Assembly: GCF_016433145.1 (NCBI RefSeq)
Contig: NC_058131.1
Location: forward strand, 86,449,756-86,513,755
Origin: Gracilinanus agilis
Taxonomy: Eukaryota
Direction of reading: 5' to 3'
Length of the DNA: 64,000 nucleotides
Shown: one piece after another, positions 1-13,760 of the stretch
Position numbering within the stretch: position 1 is the first letter of the stretch
Layout: every line of letters starts with the position of its first letter
Notes under the pieces: model-generated
Database searches by the model: none
What the model saw: only the letters and a program-made list of their open reading frames with translations
Told to the model about the DNA's origin: nothing
Made by a program: the position numbers and the translations under genes

Positions 1-319
1 TTCAATGCTCTGACATTTCAATGAAAATAGCATCTCCCAAAGTTGTGTTTTCCCAATTCTCCACCAGATGTTTCCTTCAGCAAGTTAGGGGAGATTATAT
101 CTTATAGGAAAAAGAGCAAAACACGGTGATATGTAAATATAACGGATTATTATTGTACCACGCACACACAAAAAAGCAAAACCAGGAAGAATTTAAAGAA
201 ATTTGTGAAGGTTTTTATGAACTGATGCAGATTATTTCACTCTGAGGACACTTCAAACGCAAAAAAATTCTTGAATCTGAGCAATGCAATAACTAATCAT
301 AACTTCAAATCTAAATTTA

Positions 320-681
320 TCATCTACATCTATCTATGCCTATATCTATAGTTATATAAGCATACATATTTACCTATTTATATCTATTTTCATATATCTG
401 TATCTATTTATCTACATATATCTAGCTATCTCCATGTATCTACATCTATATTTATCTACATCTATATTTATCTATCTGCATATATCTATATTTATATTGA
501 TCTATACATCTATAATTATCTATATCTTTCTACATATACCTATACTAATCTATTTATAATTAATCTATGATTTTATCTTTCTCCATAGATATCTATATCA
601 TGTTTATATCTGTATCTGCATGTATTTTGGATATATATGTACATATATATGTGTGTGTGTATATATATATAATAAACATAT

Positions 682-713
<32 letters not shown>

Positions 714-715
714 CA
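320..715. repeat. Low-complexity (TATC/TA)n region
   Basis: Degenerate TATCTA/TATA repeats. Confidence 0.9.
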
Positions 716-1128
716 GTTTTTTAAAAGAAAATCAGGAACTTTTCCTGTTACTTTGATCAATTTAGATGAGGTTTGGCAATTTGTGAGAATCAATGTCACA
801 ATCATACATAAGTCAGTTTTCAATATTTGTGGGAAGGAAAACAAAATGCTGATGCTTTGAGGAAGGGGAGAAGAATAGTGGCAAGTGGGTGGTTTATGTG
901 AAACTTTTGTGGTACAGTTGACACTCAGGAGATATTTTTTTGTCTTTTATGAAATTGGTGAGAATTTCATCACCACCCTACGAGATAGAAGAGAATTTTT
1001 TAACTTAGTCAGCTTCAGCATAATTTAATAACATAAAGTGTTTACACAGTGGCTAACTCTATGTACTTGGCCAATAGTTCGAAATAAAGGAGGAGCAATA
1101 TTATTGTGGATTTAACTGTATAATTTTT

Positions 1129-1305
1129 TTTATACCCTTGTATTTTGGTGTATTGTCTCATAGGTGGAAGATTGGTAAGGGTGGGCAATGGGGGTCAAGT
1201 GACTTGCCCAGGGTCACACAGCTGGGAAGTGGCTGAGGCCGGGTTTGAACCCAGGACCTGTCTCTAGGCCTGACTCTCACTCCACTGAGCTACCCAGCTG
1301 CCCCC
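1129..1305 (-). mobile_element. SINE1-type opossum SINE, young-looking, with 17-bp TSD
   Basis: tRNA-like head GGGGCAGCTGGGTAGCTCAGTGG..GGTTCAAACCC, core CTGTGTGACCCTGGGCAAGTCACTT, and A tail. TSD TTAACTGTATAATTTTT at 1112-1128 and 1306-1322. Confidence 0.9.
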
Positions 1306-1784
1306 TTAACTGTATAATTTTTAATTAATCAATTAACAAGTATTTTTAAAGTGTCTACTATGTGCCAGGCACTGTTATGCATATAGGGCAAACAACAGAA
1401 AACTGAAACAGTTTCTGCTCTCTAAAAACTTCATTTTTAACTGGGGGAAACAACATGTACATACATCAGTGGAAACAGTTACATACATATCATGAAATTT
1501 TGTATATATGTATCAATATATGAATACCTATAGAAGTGTATGTGTTTATTTTATAGACATATAAAAGTACAAAATACAAGTTAACTTCAGGGGCACTCAC
1601 TAGTAGCTAGGGAGATCAGGAAGGTATGTAGGTAAGCTAAGAATTCTATGCTAGGGAGTGGGGATACAATAACAAAAATTTAAAAGATCACATCATGCCA
1701 TTCCCCTGCTGCGTAAACTTCAGTACCATCTTCTTCTTTAAAATAAAAACAAAAACAAACATAGAAACAAACAAAAAAACACAG

Positions 1785-1957
1785 CCCTACCTTCCATCTT
1801 AGAATCAATATTATGTATTGGTTCCAAGGCAGAAGAATAGTAAGGGTTAAGCAATGGGGGTTAAGTGACTTGCCCAGGGTCACAAAGCTAGGAAGTATCT
1901 GAGGCCAAATTGGAACCCAAGACCTCCTGTCTCTACCACTGAGCTACCTAGCTGCCT
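1785..1957 (-). mobile_element. SINE1-type SINE (older)
   Basis: Same head, core and tail motifs in reverse orientation. Confidence 0.85.
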
Positions 1958-2334
1958 CCAAGAGCTCTAACTCTAACTCTAGGGTCTTAACTCTAGGATC
2001 AAATACAAACTCATCTATTTGACACTAAAAGCATTTCTAAAGATACTTTTTGGTTCCAAATTATCTTTGCAACTTAAACGTTTTCCACTCCTATATTTCT
2101 TGTCAAATTGGCCTTCTTGTCCTTAATCTAGGATACCTCATCTCCCATCTCAAGGTCTTTGCACCTGCTGTTCCCTACCCCTTTCTGTCTCACTCTCTCA
2201 TGACTAGCATGCATTCCCTCCCTCCTCACTTTCAGTTCTTAAAAATGCCTAGTTTCTTTCAAAGTAAGAGGACTTTCTGGATTTCCCCAAGTTGCTGAAA
2301 GCTATTAACTCTCAAATTTACTTCTTATTTGTTG

Positions 2335-2515
2335 TGTTTATATTTATGTATATATATATACATATATATACATATATATATTTATATACACACATATACA
2401 TGTACATATATACATATATATGAACACATACATTTTCTACCTTTAAGAAACTTAAATTCTGTTCAGGGGAAATATGTACATATATACATATTTACACACA
2501 TATATGCATACATGC
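2335..2515. repeat. (TA/CA)n low-complexity region
   Basis: tatatatacatatatatac.. Confidence 0.9.
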
Positions 2516-5349
2516 ATGTAGTCTCATACCAATAGAGTACAGGCTTCATGAAGGTAGAAAATTGTATTTATGCCTTTGAATTCTCAACACCTAGAGCAGA
2601 GCCTAGGGCATGCAAATAGTGGTCACCTAACAAATGTTTGTTGAACGGTTAATGTGCTCTTAACAGATTTATGCTCTATTCCTTCTCATGCCCCCCACCA
2701 AAAATTGGTTTACTTGACAGAAACCAATCTTGTTATTTTAATGAGGAAAACTTACTCTAATTCTAAAACATTAATCATAAATACTAGCTTTAATATCATG
2801 AAACATGAAGCCAATTCAAGAAGAATAGGCAAATTTCAAATTTCCCCTATTTATTTTCTCAGATCATCAGCCAAATAAGATGGGGTTGTTTCTTCCGAGA
2901 CAGCAATTCCTCTGAACTCATAAAACGTTCAGAACATCTATCACATAAACATGAAATTGTCTAGGCCCAGTTGCCTTTTGTTAAGCACATTTCTTGCATT
3001 TTAAGATTGGGGTATCTTCTATGCATCACATCTATTCGGTAAACAAATCCACTACTTCAGCCTCAGAAATATACTGGGAATCTGTAGTAAAATCGAGGTT
3101 CTTGTCCTACATCTGATCCAAAAGATAATGGTTTCACAGGCTTTAGTACTTCCTGCTCTAGTACTACCCAAAGTGAGACATTCCCCATTAAGATATCAGG
3201 AAACCCAACAGATGTCTTCTCATTTTCCCAATATCATACTCAGACCTCCCACACAACAGTGAAATTGCAGTTGATTAAAGGGTACTCTAGACATATCTAT
3301 TTTGCATAATCTAATGGAGTATTTTCATGGTTAAACATAAAAAAACTGTTTTGGGAATTAATTTGTCAATCCCTTTCCTGTCAGGTTGGGAAGAGGACAT
3401 TTTGAAACACCATTGGAGAATAAAGCCCTAGTTCTAGTGCATATCTCTTTTTTTCATTTCTTAGCTATCAACTGACCAATCCAGCTGTATGGTCTTTAAT
3501 GACCCTTAAGGGACTAGAAAATCAATGGGAGCCATGGTGGAAATTAGAGGGTGAATGAAGAAAGGGAGCAGGAATTAAGAGATGAAGAATAGTAAAAAAT
3601 AAAACCTATTAAACTGCATCTCAATTTCCAAATCCCAAATGCAGGAGGTAAAATTCCTTTGTTTAACTTTTAACCAATCCCTGCTGCTCAGGACAGAATA
3701 GAAATCTCCTAAATTGAAGGTAATGGAGTTTTGCTTCCAGTTGCTACAATAGTGGAGTAAAACATTTCAAGCTATTCAACCATATTCTAGACTACCAAAC
3801 ACACACACACACACACACACAAACCTCCTACCTCCTAACTCTTCTTCCTAGGTTCAACAGCTAAAATATAAACTCTCAATCTGTTAAGACCACGTCTTTT
3901 ATAAAGTTGGTAAAGAATATAGTGGGATGATACTTCTGTGGACAACCAACTGATGTAATGCAAAAGAAAGTTTTTGGAGCACTAAATTACTATGTATTAT
4001 AATTTGAAGGAAAATGCCTTCATTTTGACCTTGGTTCCAAAGATGAGTCAGGGCAAAGGCATTATCAATCATGATCTATAACTTTGAAGATAATAATGAC
4101 TCCACTTACCATTAAAAGCATGCTACAAAGTGACTATGAAAATAGGTCTATAAATTCATCCTGTATTTAATTTACTTGACCATTACAGGAAAGGAGGATA
4201 CTTTACTGATAGATTACTATTTGAAAAACACTGACTAAAAGTAATAAGAAAGTAATAAAAGCTCACATTTGTATAGTGCTTTAGGATTTACAAAGCTTTT
4301 TCCTCACAACTCTTCAAGGCAAATAATGGAAGCATGTTATTTTTTTTTATTTGTTTTTGTCTTTTCAGTTTTATGTTTGAGAAAACTAGGACTGGAAGTT
4401 GGAGTCACTTGCTCAAAGTCAGATGGCTATTTTTTTAAACCCTTACCTTATTTTTAGTACAAATTCTAAAACAGGAAAGTGGCAAAAGCTAGGTAATTGA
4501 GATTAGTTTTGGGGATAAGGATAAGCCACCTAATCTTTAGTGTTCCAAAGAAGTCTCTAAGACATTAAGATGAGTTTCTGACCTGCATTGCTACAGGGAG
4601 TTTCCTCACCAGAAACTCCTTCGCTAATGAAATTATGCATCTAGAGCCAAGATGTCTATAAAATACTTATCTATTTATAGGATGTAACAACAATTTACAT
4701 ATGGTAAGTAGAAGGTAGGTTCCCTTGAAGGCAGGAATATTTTCATTTTTGTCTTTAAATTTTCAAGACTTACCACAATGCATACATATAGTTAGCACAT
4801 AAATATTTGTTGGATTGGGTTGTTGCATTTAATTGAAATCAATATGAACACTTAAAAATCCGGCTCACTGCCTGTTCCATCTTGAAGCCTTGCTCATGCT
4901 ATATTCACTCAATCTGAAAATACAGTTAAGTGCCCAAATTTGCCATTTCTTTGAATTCTGTGTTACTCTGGTTTGAGAACCAAAGAGATATATTGCTCCA
5001 TATTTGGTGATTAGCTAAGTTGACTGTTTTCCCAGTGTCTCTTTGCAGAGACCTAAATTCCCTTATATGCATGTCTAATTGATCAAATTAACCTTAATCA
5101 TGCTTGTTATCAAAGTAGAGTTGCTTTGTGCAATGTACTCATGCCTGTTTTTCTCTTGTCTCATTCTCTTAGAGATTGAGGACGTCACCTACCCTGCATG
5201 AATCTTGAATCAGTTGAGTTATACACCAGGAAAGGGTGACACATGTTTTTTAGGCCCCAGTGGCTGGAACTAGGGACAACAGTGGGATGACAAGTGTGGC
5301 AATTTCCTAGCTACAATCATCTCAAACTGTAACAGACTGCTTTTGAATT

Positions 5350-5475
5350 AGTTGGTTCCTCCTCATTTAGAGGACTTCAAACAAAAGCTGGATGACTATT
5401 ATCTTCTAGTACAGACTTTTCAGTAATGGGATGAATCAGATGGCCACTGAAGTCCCTTCCAACCCTAATATTTCT
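5350..5475 (+). mobile_element. L3/CR1 3' end fragment
   Basis: ..aggacttcaaacaaaagctggatgac..gatggccactgaagtcccttccaacc resembles the CR1/L3 terminus. Confidence 0.55.
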
Positions 5476-6849
5476 TCTGTAATTCTGAGACAGAGATTCT
5501 ACTAAAATGCAGCTTTACTACGTAGATCTCCCATAGCCACAACCCGGTTACTCAACAATTTAGACATGGTAACAACTGAAATGAGTACCTCAGCACTCTA
5601 AAATATGTTATTAGCATTATGAATTAATTCACAAATGGAACTGCACTGCTAATGAATGCTTTTGGATAACATTTTGGGGATTGATTCCATTTTTGTCGCC
5701 TCTGAATTCTCAAGATTCAGTTGTATTATATATTTTTTATCTTTTCTCAGTTACTCTCTTAAGAATCTTTAGCAGATTTCTGCCTGTTTTCTAAAGAGAG
5801 GGACTATAAATCAGCTGAAAAAAATCCAATACTTACAAACATCGATCTACTTAATTCCCCTTCATTTTTCTTTAAACCAAACACCATATGTGGTTCATTT
5901 GAAATGCAAGGAAAAAAAAACACTCATTTCCTGGAACTTGTATACGGTCTTATTATATATCATTGCACAGCATGACACAAATGCATGCCCTCTGAGTAGA
6001 ACCTGGAAAGCATGCTGAGGTCTCATGTGTGCTGAGAATTGTTAAAATGTCCTTATTCAAACTAACATTTACTTAGAAGGCATATATTTACATTTACCAA
6101 TCCATGACTAAATGGAGAGAAGCAGAGATGAGTATAAATAGATGATGATGCACCATTGACATATTGTACATAGAACATGGAGATAACGGACTCCAACTGG
6201 TTTCAGGTAGATACAATTATACAAACAAGTACACTGCCTAATGATGTCTAAATAAATCAATGATTTGTTAACTATCATGTTATACACCAAATAAAAGAGA
6301 AAATTCCTATAATAAAATTTTTAAAAATGCTCATAGACTAAGGCTTTAGGAATAATTTGGAATCACTAAACTAACCTCAACTTTCTTTGCAGGAAAAATC
6401 TCCAAATCTAAGTGTTTTAAAGAGAAAATGAAAAATAAATTGATTGTTCAATTACTAAGTGAAACTTCTCCCTCAAAAAAAAAAATTAAACTAAGATTCT
6501 CTTATATCAGTGCTTCATTTGTGATTTCATTGTTTTAGGTACTTTTGCTCAACCCACTCATGTCCACTTTATTCAGCAAATCTTATCTATATTCTCTTGT
6601 TAGTCTTCCACAAGGACTCTACTGAGTATGCGAATGTCTTTCCATTTGAATGTATGCACAAAAATCATATGTGCAGACCCTTGACTACTCATCCCTTGCT
6701 TTTGCCACATGGAATAAGCCTAACTTCTTTTCCAACCATATAGCTCCCTGATATCACTTCTCTTACATTATATTTGATTCATAATGTATTTTGGACCACT
6801 CAGTACCACAATGACCCTCTTCGTTGTTCTTTAGAGGCTGTATTATTCC

Positions 6850-7280
6850 ACTCCAGGAGAAGAGGTTGTAGATGGCAAAGTATCTAGATACCACAGAGGC
6901 ATGTCAAATGGGGAATGGGTGAAAGAACTAGATGTTTAGCTTAGGGAAGATATGATTAACACAAGACATGATGTCTATCTTCAAAAGTAGAATGGTTATG
7001 AGGTAGAGGTTATAAATGCCTCATGCAGTTTTCCAGAAAGCAACTGGGAGCAATGCATAGAAATAACAAAAAGGGAAGTTCAGACTCAACATCAGAAAAA
7101 AATTTTCTATTATATCTGTCAAAAAGGGGAATGGGCTGCCTTGTGATGTAGTAACTTTCCCATCAGTGGAACTATTTGAGTAGAACCTAGATGACCAGCA
7201 GAAAGAGATGTTAGAAGGGATTTCTGGGTGGAAATCTGAACTACATGAACACAGAAGTCCATTTAAACTCTAAAATTGTA
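6850..7280 (+). mobile_element. L3/CR1 3' fragment
   Basis: Degenerate CR1 terminal motifs (tttagcttagggaag..; gaatgggctgccttgtgatgtagt..tttcccatcagtggaa..ctagatgacc..aactctaaaatt). Confidence 0.65.
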
Positions 7281-7796
7281 CAAAGGTGTTCCACGAGCTT
7301 AGTGTATTTTATATGTATTTTGATAATTCAATTTCGATATAATGTTTTTTCTTTTTTAATCATTATTTTATTTATAATTTTATTTATGATATATGCACTT
7401 AAAATATTTTGAAAAAAGTTTCACAGGCTTCACTAGATTGTTGTCATGGAGGTCCATGAATCATAAAAGAGGTTAAAAGCTTTTGTACCAGAGTAAATAT
7501 ATCTAGCATAATAATGATGTATTTTCCTATTTGTACATTATAACAACCTTACAAAATAGATACTATTATTGTTCCCATTTTATTGATGAGAGAAACGTTC
7601 AATGATTTGTCTAGGGTCACACACTATGATTAAGCATCTGAGAACAAATCTGAACCTAGATATTCCTGACTGCAAGTACAGAATTCATCTGACTGCTTCA
7701 CTTAGCTGCCACTTCTATGGCATAGGCAAGAGCTACAAATCCTGTTTTATAGATGTAAAAACAATGACACAAAGAAGATCAGTAATTTTATGAAGA

Positions 7797-7977
7797 GGGG
7801 CAGCTAAATGCCTCAATAGACTGAGAGCCAAGCCTAGAGTCTGGATTCAAATCTGGCCTCTGGAACTTTCTAGCTATGTGACGAGGGCAAGTCATTTAAC
7901 AGAAATTGCCTAGCCCTTACCACTCTTCAATCTTAGAACCAAGACAATATCAATTCTAAGACAGGCAAAGGATTAAG
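7797..7977 (+). mobile_element. SINE1-type SINE (diverged)
   Basis: ggggcagctaaatgcctcaatagactgagagcc..ttgcctagcccttaccactctt.. Confidence 0.8.
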
Positions 7978-8139
7978 ATATATGTATTTATATGTATTTT
8001 AAAATAATAATTTTCTGAAGAATAACAATAGTTACTTCATCAAGACAAGTGAAAATCTTACCAAATGCATGATCCAGTCTACCATTTCATTGATTTGACT
8101 ACAAAGCAACTTCATGGTTGGTGGGACAAGGGCATCGAT

Positions 8140-8390
8140 TGATGCCTGTTATATGTCAAGCACTTTACTAAGTGTTTTGTTTTGTTTTTACAAATATTAT
8201 CCCATCTTGATCCTTGTAACAACCTTTTGAAGTGAGTAGTACCATTGTTTCCATTTTACAATTGAGGACACTGAAGCAGACAGAAGATAAGTGACTTGCT
8301 TTGATTTACTCATTTAGCAAGTGTCTGAGTCCACATCTGAATTCGGGACTTTACTTTAAGTCCAGTGTTCTATCCATTGCATCCACCTAA
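8140..8390 (-). mobile_element. MIR/MAR-class CORE-SINE
   Basis: ccattttacaattgaggacactgaag..aagtgacttgc..gtaagtgtctgag-type core in reverse orientation. Confidence 0.65.
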
Positions 8391-11300
8391 AAAACGAGGG
8401 GTAGGACTAGATGGTCTCTGCTATTTTTCAGCTTTGACCCATGATAATCTGTTTTCATAATTGTTCCTCTCCAAAAGGTGTTTTTGTTTCATCTACACTA
8501 CAGTTATTAAAAAAGTGAATTGAAAAGAATTGTGAGCAAAAAATCTCACTGATGTTATCTGAGATCTGAAGGAAATGACTTGGAGTGAGTGACCTTAGAA
8601 CACTGATTAAAGCATTAAACGTGATTAAACTTTCACATTCATGGCATGTGAGGAGAAGACATGAAGACTGACAAAAATAAACAAACAAATAAATAAATAA
8701 ATGCAGTCAGAATAGTTCCCTGCCAGATCCCCAGCCTGTCACTTTCTAAACAAGGAGATGATGAAGGATATCAAAAAGACCATAGACCAAATTAACAAAT
8801 TTGTTTGCCTTTTGACAAAGTAGAAGAATCAACTCTCCCATGAAGGTTATAGGGAAAGATACAAAGGAAGACTAAGTCCACAAACCTGGCACTTTCAAAC
8901 CCCTAGTATCTTTTTGTAAATTTTATTTTCTAGATAGCATGTCAATTAATTGCATTATGATTTTTAATATCCATTTCCTGATGCTTTGTAATCCATATTC
9001 TTTTCCTCTCTTTCAACCCTTTCCTTTCCCCAAGAAGGAAGATAATATGATACATATATTATCATATATCATATATATATAAAACATATTTCTCTGTTTG
9101 GCTCATGTCTGACACATATAATAGGATTTCCCTAATTCTGAGGCTCTTAGCTAATTATGAATAAATTTATTAAATACAAAATATTTTATAGGCTTTAAAA
9201 TCAAAGAGGAACAGAGACTTGTGAGAATTGGTCTAAGAGGCATAACAGGGAATAATTTGAAAAACTAAGCAAGAAGTAACAGGACATTTTTTTCCCCACA
9301 AAATAATCAGGCTGAAAGCAAAGTTAATTGGCTCCCTTAGGAAAGATAACAAGCCCTGATATTTGAGAAATATAAAGATGAAATTAAAAAAGAAACAAAA
9401 TATTCCAATAAGTATAGAAAATATCTGATATTATAAAAGAACAGAGAAAAAAGATAAATTATTCATTTTTGGCATTTCATTTTCTTGACATGGACACCTC
9501 TTTGTTGGGAATTCAAGAGGGATTCAGAAATTCACTGGGATTCAGAGGGATATACAGTTTATTTAATTTTAAACCTGTAACTCACCCAAGGGCCATGAAT
9601 GACTGTTCTAATTTTGGTTCAGATTTATCTCTTAAAGTGAATTCACATTAGAATTATGTTAGTGATCCCTTTCTTCCTCCAATACCTAATTGTTATTTGG
9701 CCTGCAAAGATCTATTCCAATGTACCAAAATATCATCTTTTTAAAACTTTTAAAAATAGATATATTTTGTTTTATACTGCTTTCATTTCTACAAATATCT
9801 CTTCCTCTCTCTCTACCTAGCAAATTATCCATTGTGGCAAAAGTTTAAAAAGAAGGCAAAAAACTCAGTCCAGGAATACTAGCCAACATATCTTTTGTGT
9901 CTGAAAGCAAATAAAATATCCTATACCTATATTCACTCACTAACAGCAAAGGCTGGCACATTTACTGAACTCTACTGTAGGGTTGATTTTAAGTGTAATG
10001 TCTATACATGCAAAATTATGTAATTTTAAATGTTTAGCAATACTTATTACTCTTTGGGCATTATTTCCCATCAAGGAAGCAAGTTCCTTATTTCAGTTGG
10101 TTCAATAAACATTTATTTATTTTTCATTGAAAAATAAAATATTGTTTCTGATAACTGAGATGAGATTTCAGGGACATTTTTCATCATGGACAAGAGGGGT
10201 TTTATTTCCTATAATAAATAACAGCCTAAAATCATGAGAATAAACAAACAACTAGTTCTATACTAAGTCTAATGTTGCCATATAAAAAGGAATCAAAATG
10301 GAAGAAAAGAGGGAAGATGGCCAGAATAAGAAGAAACAGAAAAAATATTACTTGGTAAATAAGATATTTTATATGTTATTATACAAGAGAATATAATAAT
10401 ATATAGTAATATATTATATATAAGATTTATAAAGATGAAGTAGAAACAATATTAACTTCTATAAAACTAACTCTTCAAGTGAGACTTCTGATTAAGGTCA
10501 GAAATTCTCTATTATTTTTGTTCAGGGTGAAGATTTTCTTGAGAGAGTATATATAGCCTAGGTTATCATGTAGAAACTCTTGCAACATTTTATTAAAACG
10601 AGATACGATTATTATTACAAATGCTTATCATCATAGTTAATAAATATCAAAAAATCAAAAAGTTACATTAACTATTTCTATGATAAAACAAAAATGCTAA
10701 CTTTTCCTATCAGATTTGTGCCCATGGAATTCTAACCAAATATCCAGTGCTACCAAATGTTTCTTAAAACAGTAATCTGCCCCCTCCCCTGGTCATTTCT
10801 AGGAAGCTTACCAAAGTTCCTTAGGCAATAACCACATGTGACAAACCTGAACAGAAATATTCCAAGGGGACTGCCAGGCTCAGAGCTGATCATTTCATGG
10901 ATGCACCATGTTTTCCCCACTTCCACCTATACATATTAACATTTTTATGTGGGTGAAATCTATTTTAAAAGATTAGCAAGGACAGCCTTGAAAAGGAAAA
11001 GAGGAGGATATACCACCAAAAGGTAATTTATATCCTGAAGGAGAGATGTGAAAGTTAATGTGGAAGCAAGAGATATGATGAGACTCCAGTCCCTGTATGC
11101 TTTGAGCACTAAGTGTATACCTAACAACACTATAGATTTTTTTCTTTCTTTAAAAACAAAAAACTAAACTAAACTAACAGGAGGTCTATTTTTTCCCTCC
11201 TCTCTCCATTCATGTATTTCCCATATTTATTTAGCTCCAGCTACATGGTCCCTTCAGTGATACAGAACTGTCCTGAAAGTTCAAGGTCCAGGGCATTTGA

Positions 11301-11849
11301 TCTGATTTGCTGATGCCCATTGGAGAGTTCTGCTACCCATCACCACCATTCCTCACTTCTCCATCTCATTCCCTATCCCTGGCAAAGAGAATACAGATAT
11401 CTGCCTATAGCCAATACCTTCTACAAATGGATGTTCACAAAAATAAAATTAAACTGTTAAAAGAACCACAGAGAAGAGGGAGCCCATATCTGATTTCCTA
11501 CATTTTTTGTTTCTTTTTTACCTTAAAATATTAGCAGAATTTCATGTCAGTATACAGTGGCAACCTACTTAATAAGAAATAAGAATTACAGTCTGTTAGT
11601 TTTAACCATCTGAAACACAGTCAAAAACTCAAAAGTAAACAAAAAAAGTCTCTAACTTGTTGAAGTAACTGTTAACGAAGCCCATGCACTTTTCTTGTAG
11701 GGGAGGTTTGAGTTCATCATTCATTAATGCCAAATTATCCAAAAGGCATGCTAAATTAAAAGCCTAGGTGGACCTCAGAATTAATAGTTAACCTGAATCC
11801 TACCATAAGGTCTAGAAAACTTTCCCAACCATAAGCCTAAGAACTACAA

Positions 11850-12330
11850 TCCTGCTCAGTCTGAACCCATTCACACTGTCCTCCTCTTTTGAATCCTTTA
11901 TCCCCTTCATCATGTCACTGATTTCACCCAACCAAACTTCAGCCTTGGATTACTTCCACCATTTCTCACTTTGCTCCTACTCACATGCTGCTTTAAGGAA
12001 AGGAGGAAAGGAGAAAAGGAGAAAAGGAGAAAAGGAGGAGTAGAGGTGGAGAAATCACATAAATATTTTCTGACTGAATTCATTATAAATTTATGCTACA
12101 TAATCTCATCTGGGTCCTCACTGCTGTTAGGCAATCTAATTACACTTCTCTAATCAACTCATCTTCCTCACTTTCACAGTAGCATTTCCAAAGCTTCCTC
12201 CTTAGTCCTTCCAGGGCTTGCCTTCCCTCCAATCTCTCAACTGAGAATCTTGTCTCATTTTTTGCAGAAAAAATCATCCATTTCCTGTGACCTCCCTCTT
12301 CTTTCCCCTTTGTCATTTTCTATCACTCGG
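11850..12330 (+). mobile_element. Probable L2 fragment interrupted by a (GGAGAAAA)n purine run
   Basis: Pyrimidine-rich degenerate L2-like ORF sequence; GGAGAAAA repeats at about 11997-12045. Confidence 0.45.
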
Positions 12331-12369
12331 GTGCCTCATATAATATATATGAAATTAAATATTTATTGA

Positions 12370-12931
12370 TAACTAAAGCAAAGAAGAGGTCATTAAATCC
12401 ATGGGGATTGATGAAATCATCAACTGAAGTAATGTAGAGGAAGAAGAAGAGAAGGCAGAGATCATAACCCTGAATGACCCCAAAGGTTAGAGGGCATTAT
12501 CTGGAGGAGATTCCAGCAAAGGAGTATGAGAAGTATTCAGAAAACCAGGAGAGAATAGTATACTGAAGACTTAGAGAGAGAAAAGAGTATCAAGGAGGAG
12601 AGAGTTATTAACAGTGTCAAAGGCTGCAGAGAGGTCAAGAAGAAGGAGAAGAGAGAAAAGGCCATTGATTTGGCAACCAATAAATCATTAGTAACTTTTG
12701 AGAGAGAAGTTTTAGTGGAGTGATGATATAGGAAGCCACATTGTAAAGGGTTAAGGAAGAGAGAGAGAAGAGACAAAGTACAGGCTCTTGCTATAGACAA
12801 CCTTTTCAAAGAATTTAACTACAAAAGGCAAAAGGAATATAGGACAACCACAGTGGGGATGGAAGGATCAAGTGACATTTTTTTCAGAATAAGATACGTG
12901 GGTGTGTCTGTAGATAGTGGGAAATGAACCA
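12370..12931 (-). mobile_element. L2 LINE reverse-transcriptase fragment
   Basis: ORF 12537..12809(-) contains NPLQCGFLYHHSTKTSLSKVTNDLLVAKS, the L2 RT motif (GFRP.HSTETAL.KVTNDLL.AKS), then frameshifts. Confidence 0.85.
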
Positions 12932-13191
12932 NNNNNNNNNNNNNNNNNNNNNNNNNNNNNNNNNNNNNNNNNNNNNNNNNNNNNNNNNNNNNNNNNNNNN
13001 NNNNNNNNNNNNNNNNNNNNNNNNNNNNNNNNNNNNNNNNNNNNNNNNNNNNNNNNNNNNNNNNNNNNNNNNNNNNNNNNNNNNNNNNNNNNNNNNNNNN
13101 NNNNNNNNNNNNNNNNNNNNNNNNNNNNNNNNNNNNNNNNNNNNNNNNNNNNNNNNNNNNNNNNNNNNNNNNNNNNNNNNNNNNNNNNNNN
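12932..13191. other. Assembly gap
   Basis: Run of N. Confidence 1.
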
Positions 13192-13440
13192 ATGGGGATA
13201 ACAGAGGGGACAAATCTGTTGAAAGATACAGGATGGAATGGGTTAGTAGTAGAGAGGGATAACCCTAATGCAAATATTAATAATATGGAAATAGATCTTG
13301 ATCAATGATATATGTAAAACCCAGTGGAATTACTTGTTAGCTACCGGGGGGGGGGAAGCGGAGGGAAAAATCATGAATCATGTAACCATGGAAAAATATT
13401 CTAAATTAATTAAATAAATAAAAATAAAAATAAAGAAATA
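13192..13440 (+). mobile_element. L1 3' UTR end with polyA
   Basis: G-rich tract then gaatcatgtaaccatggaaaaatattctaaa..aataaataaaaataaaaa, matching the 3' end of the L1 at about 28.6 kb. Confidence 0.8.
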
Positions 13441-13499
13441 GCTATGTTGCTAATCCATACGCACAAAAATAGTCCTTAGGAAACATAAAGTAATCTGTT

Positions 13500-13760
13500 A
13501 TAGGACTATATTTAGAATTTAAATGGACCTCAGAAGCCATGTAATCTAATTCCTATCTGAAATATGAATCTAAAATACCTAATTTGTGGATGCCCAGTTT
13601 TTTGCTTAAATGTCTTTAATAATAGGACAGACACTACCTAGAAAGACAACCCATTCCATTTTTTGACAGCTCTAAGTTTTAGAAATTCTTGCTTATATTC
13701 AGGAAGCTGAAATCTGTCTCTCTGTCACTCTGTGTCACTTAGTTTAAAGTTTTGACCTCG
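13500..13760 (-). mobile_element. L3/CR1 fragment
   Basis: Reverse CR1 3' motifs (ccattccattttttgacagctctaa..agaaattcttgcttatattcag..aaatctgtctctctgt). Confidence 0.55.
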
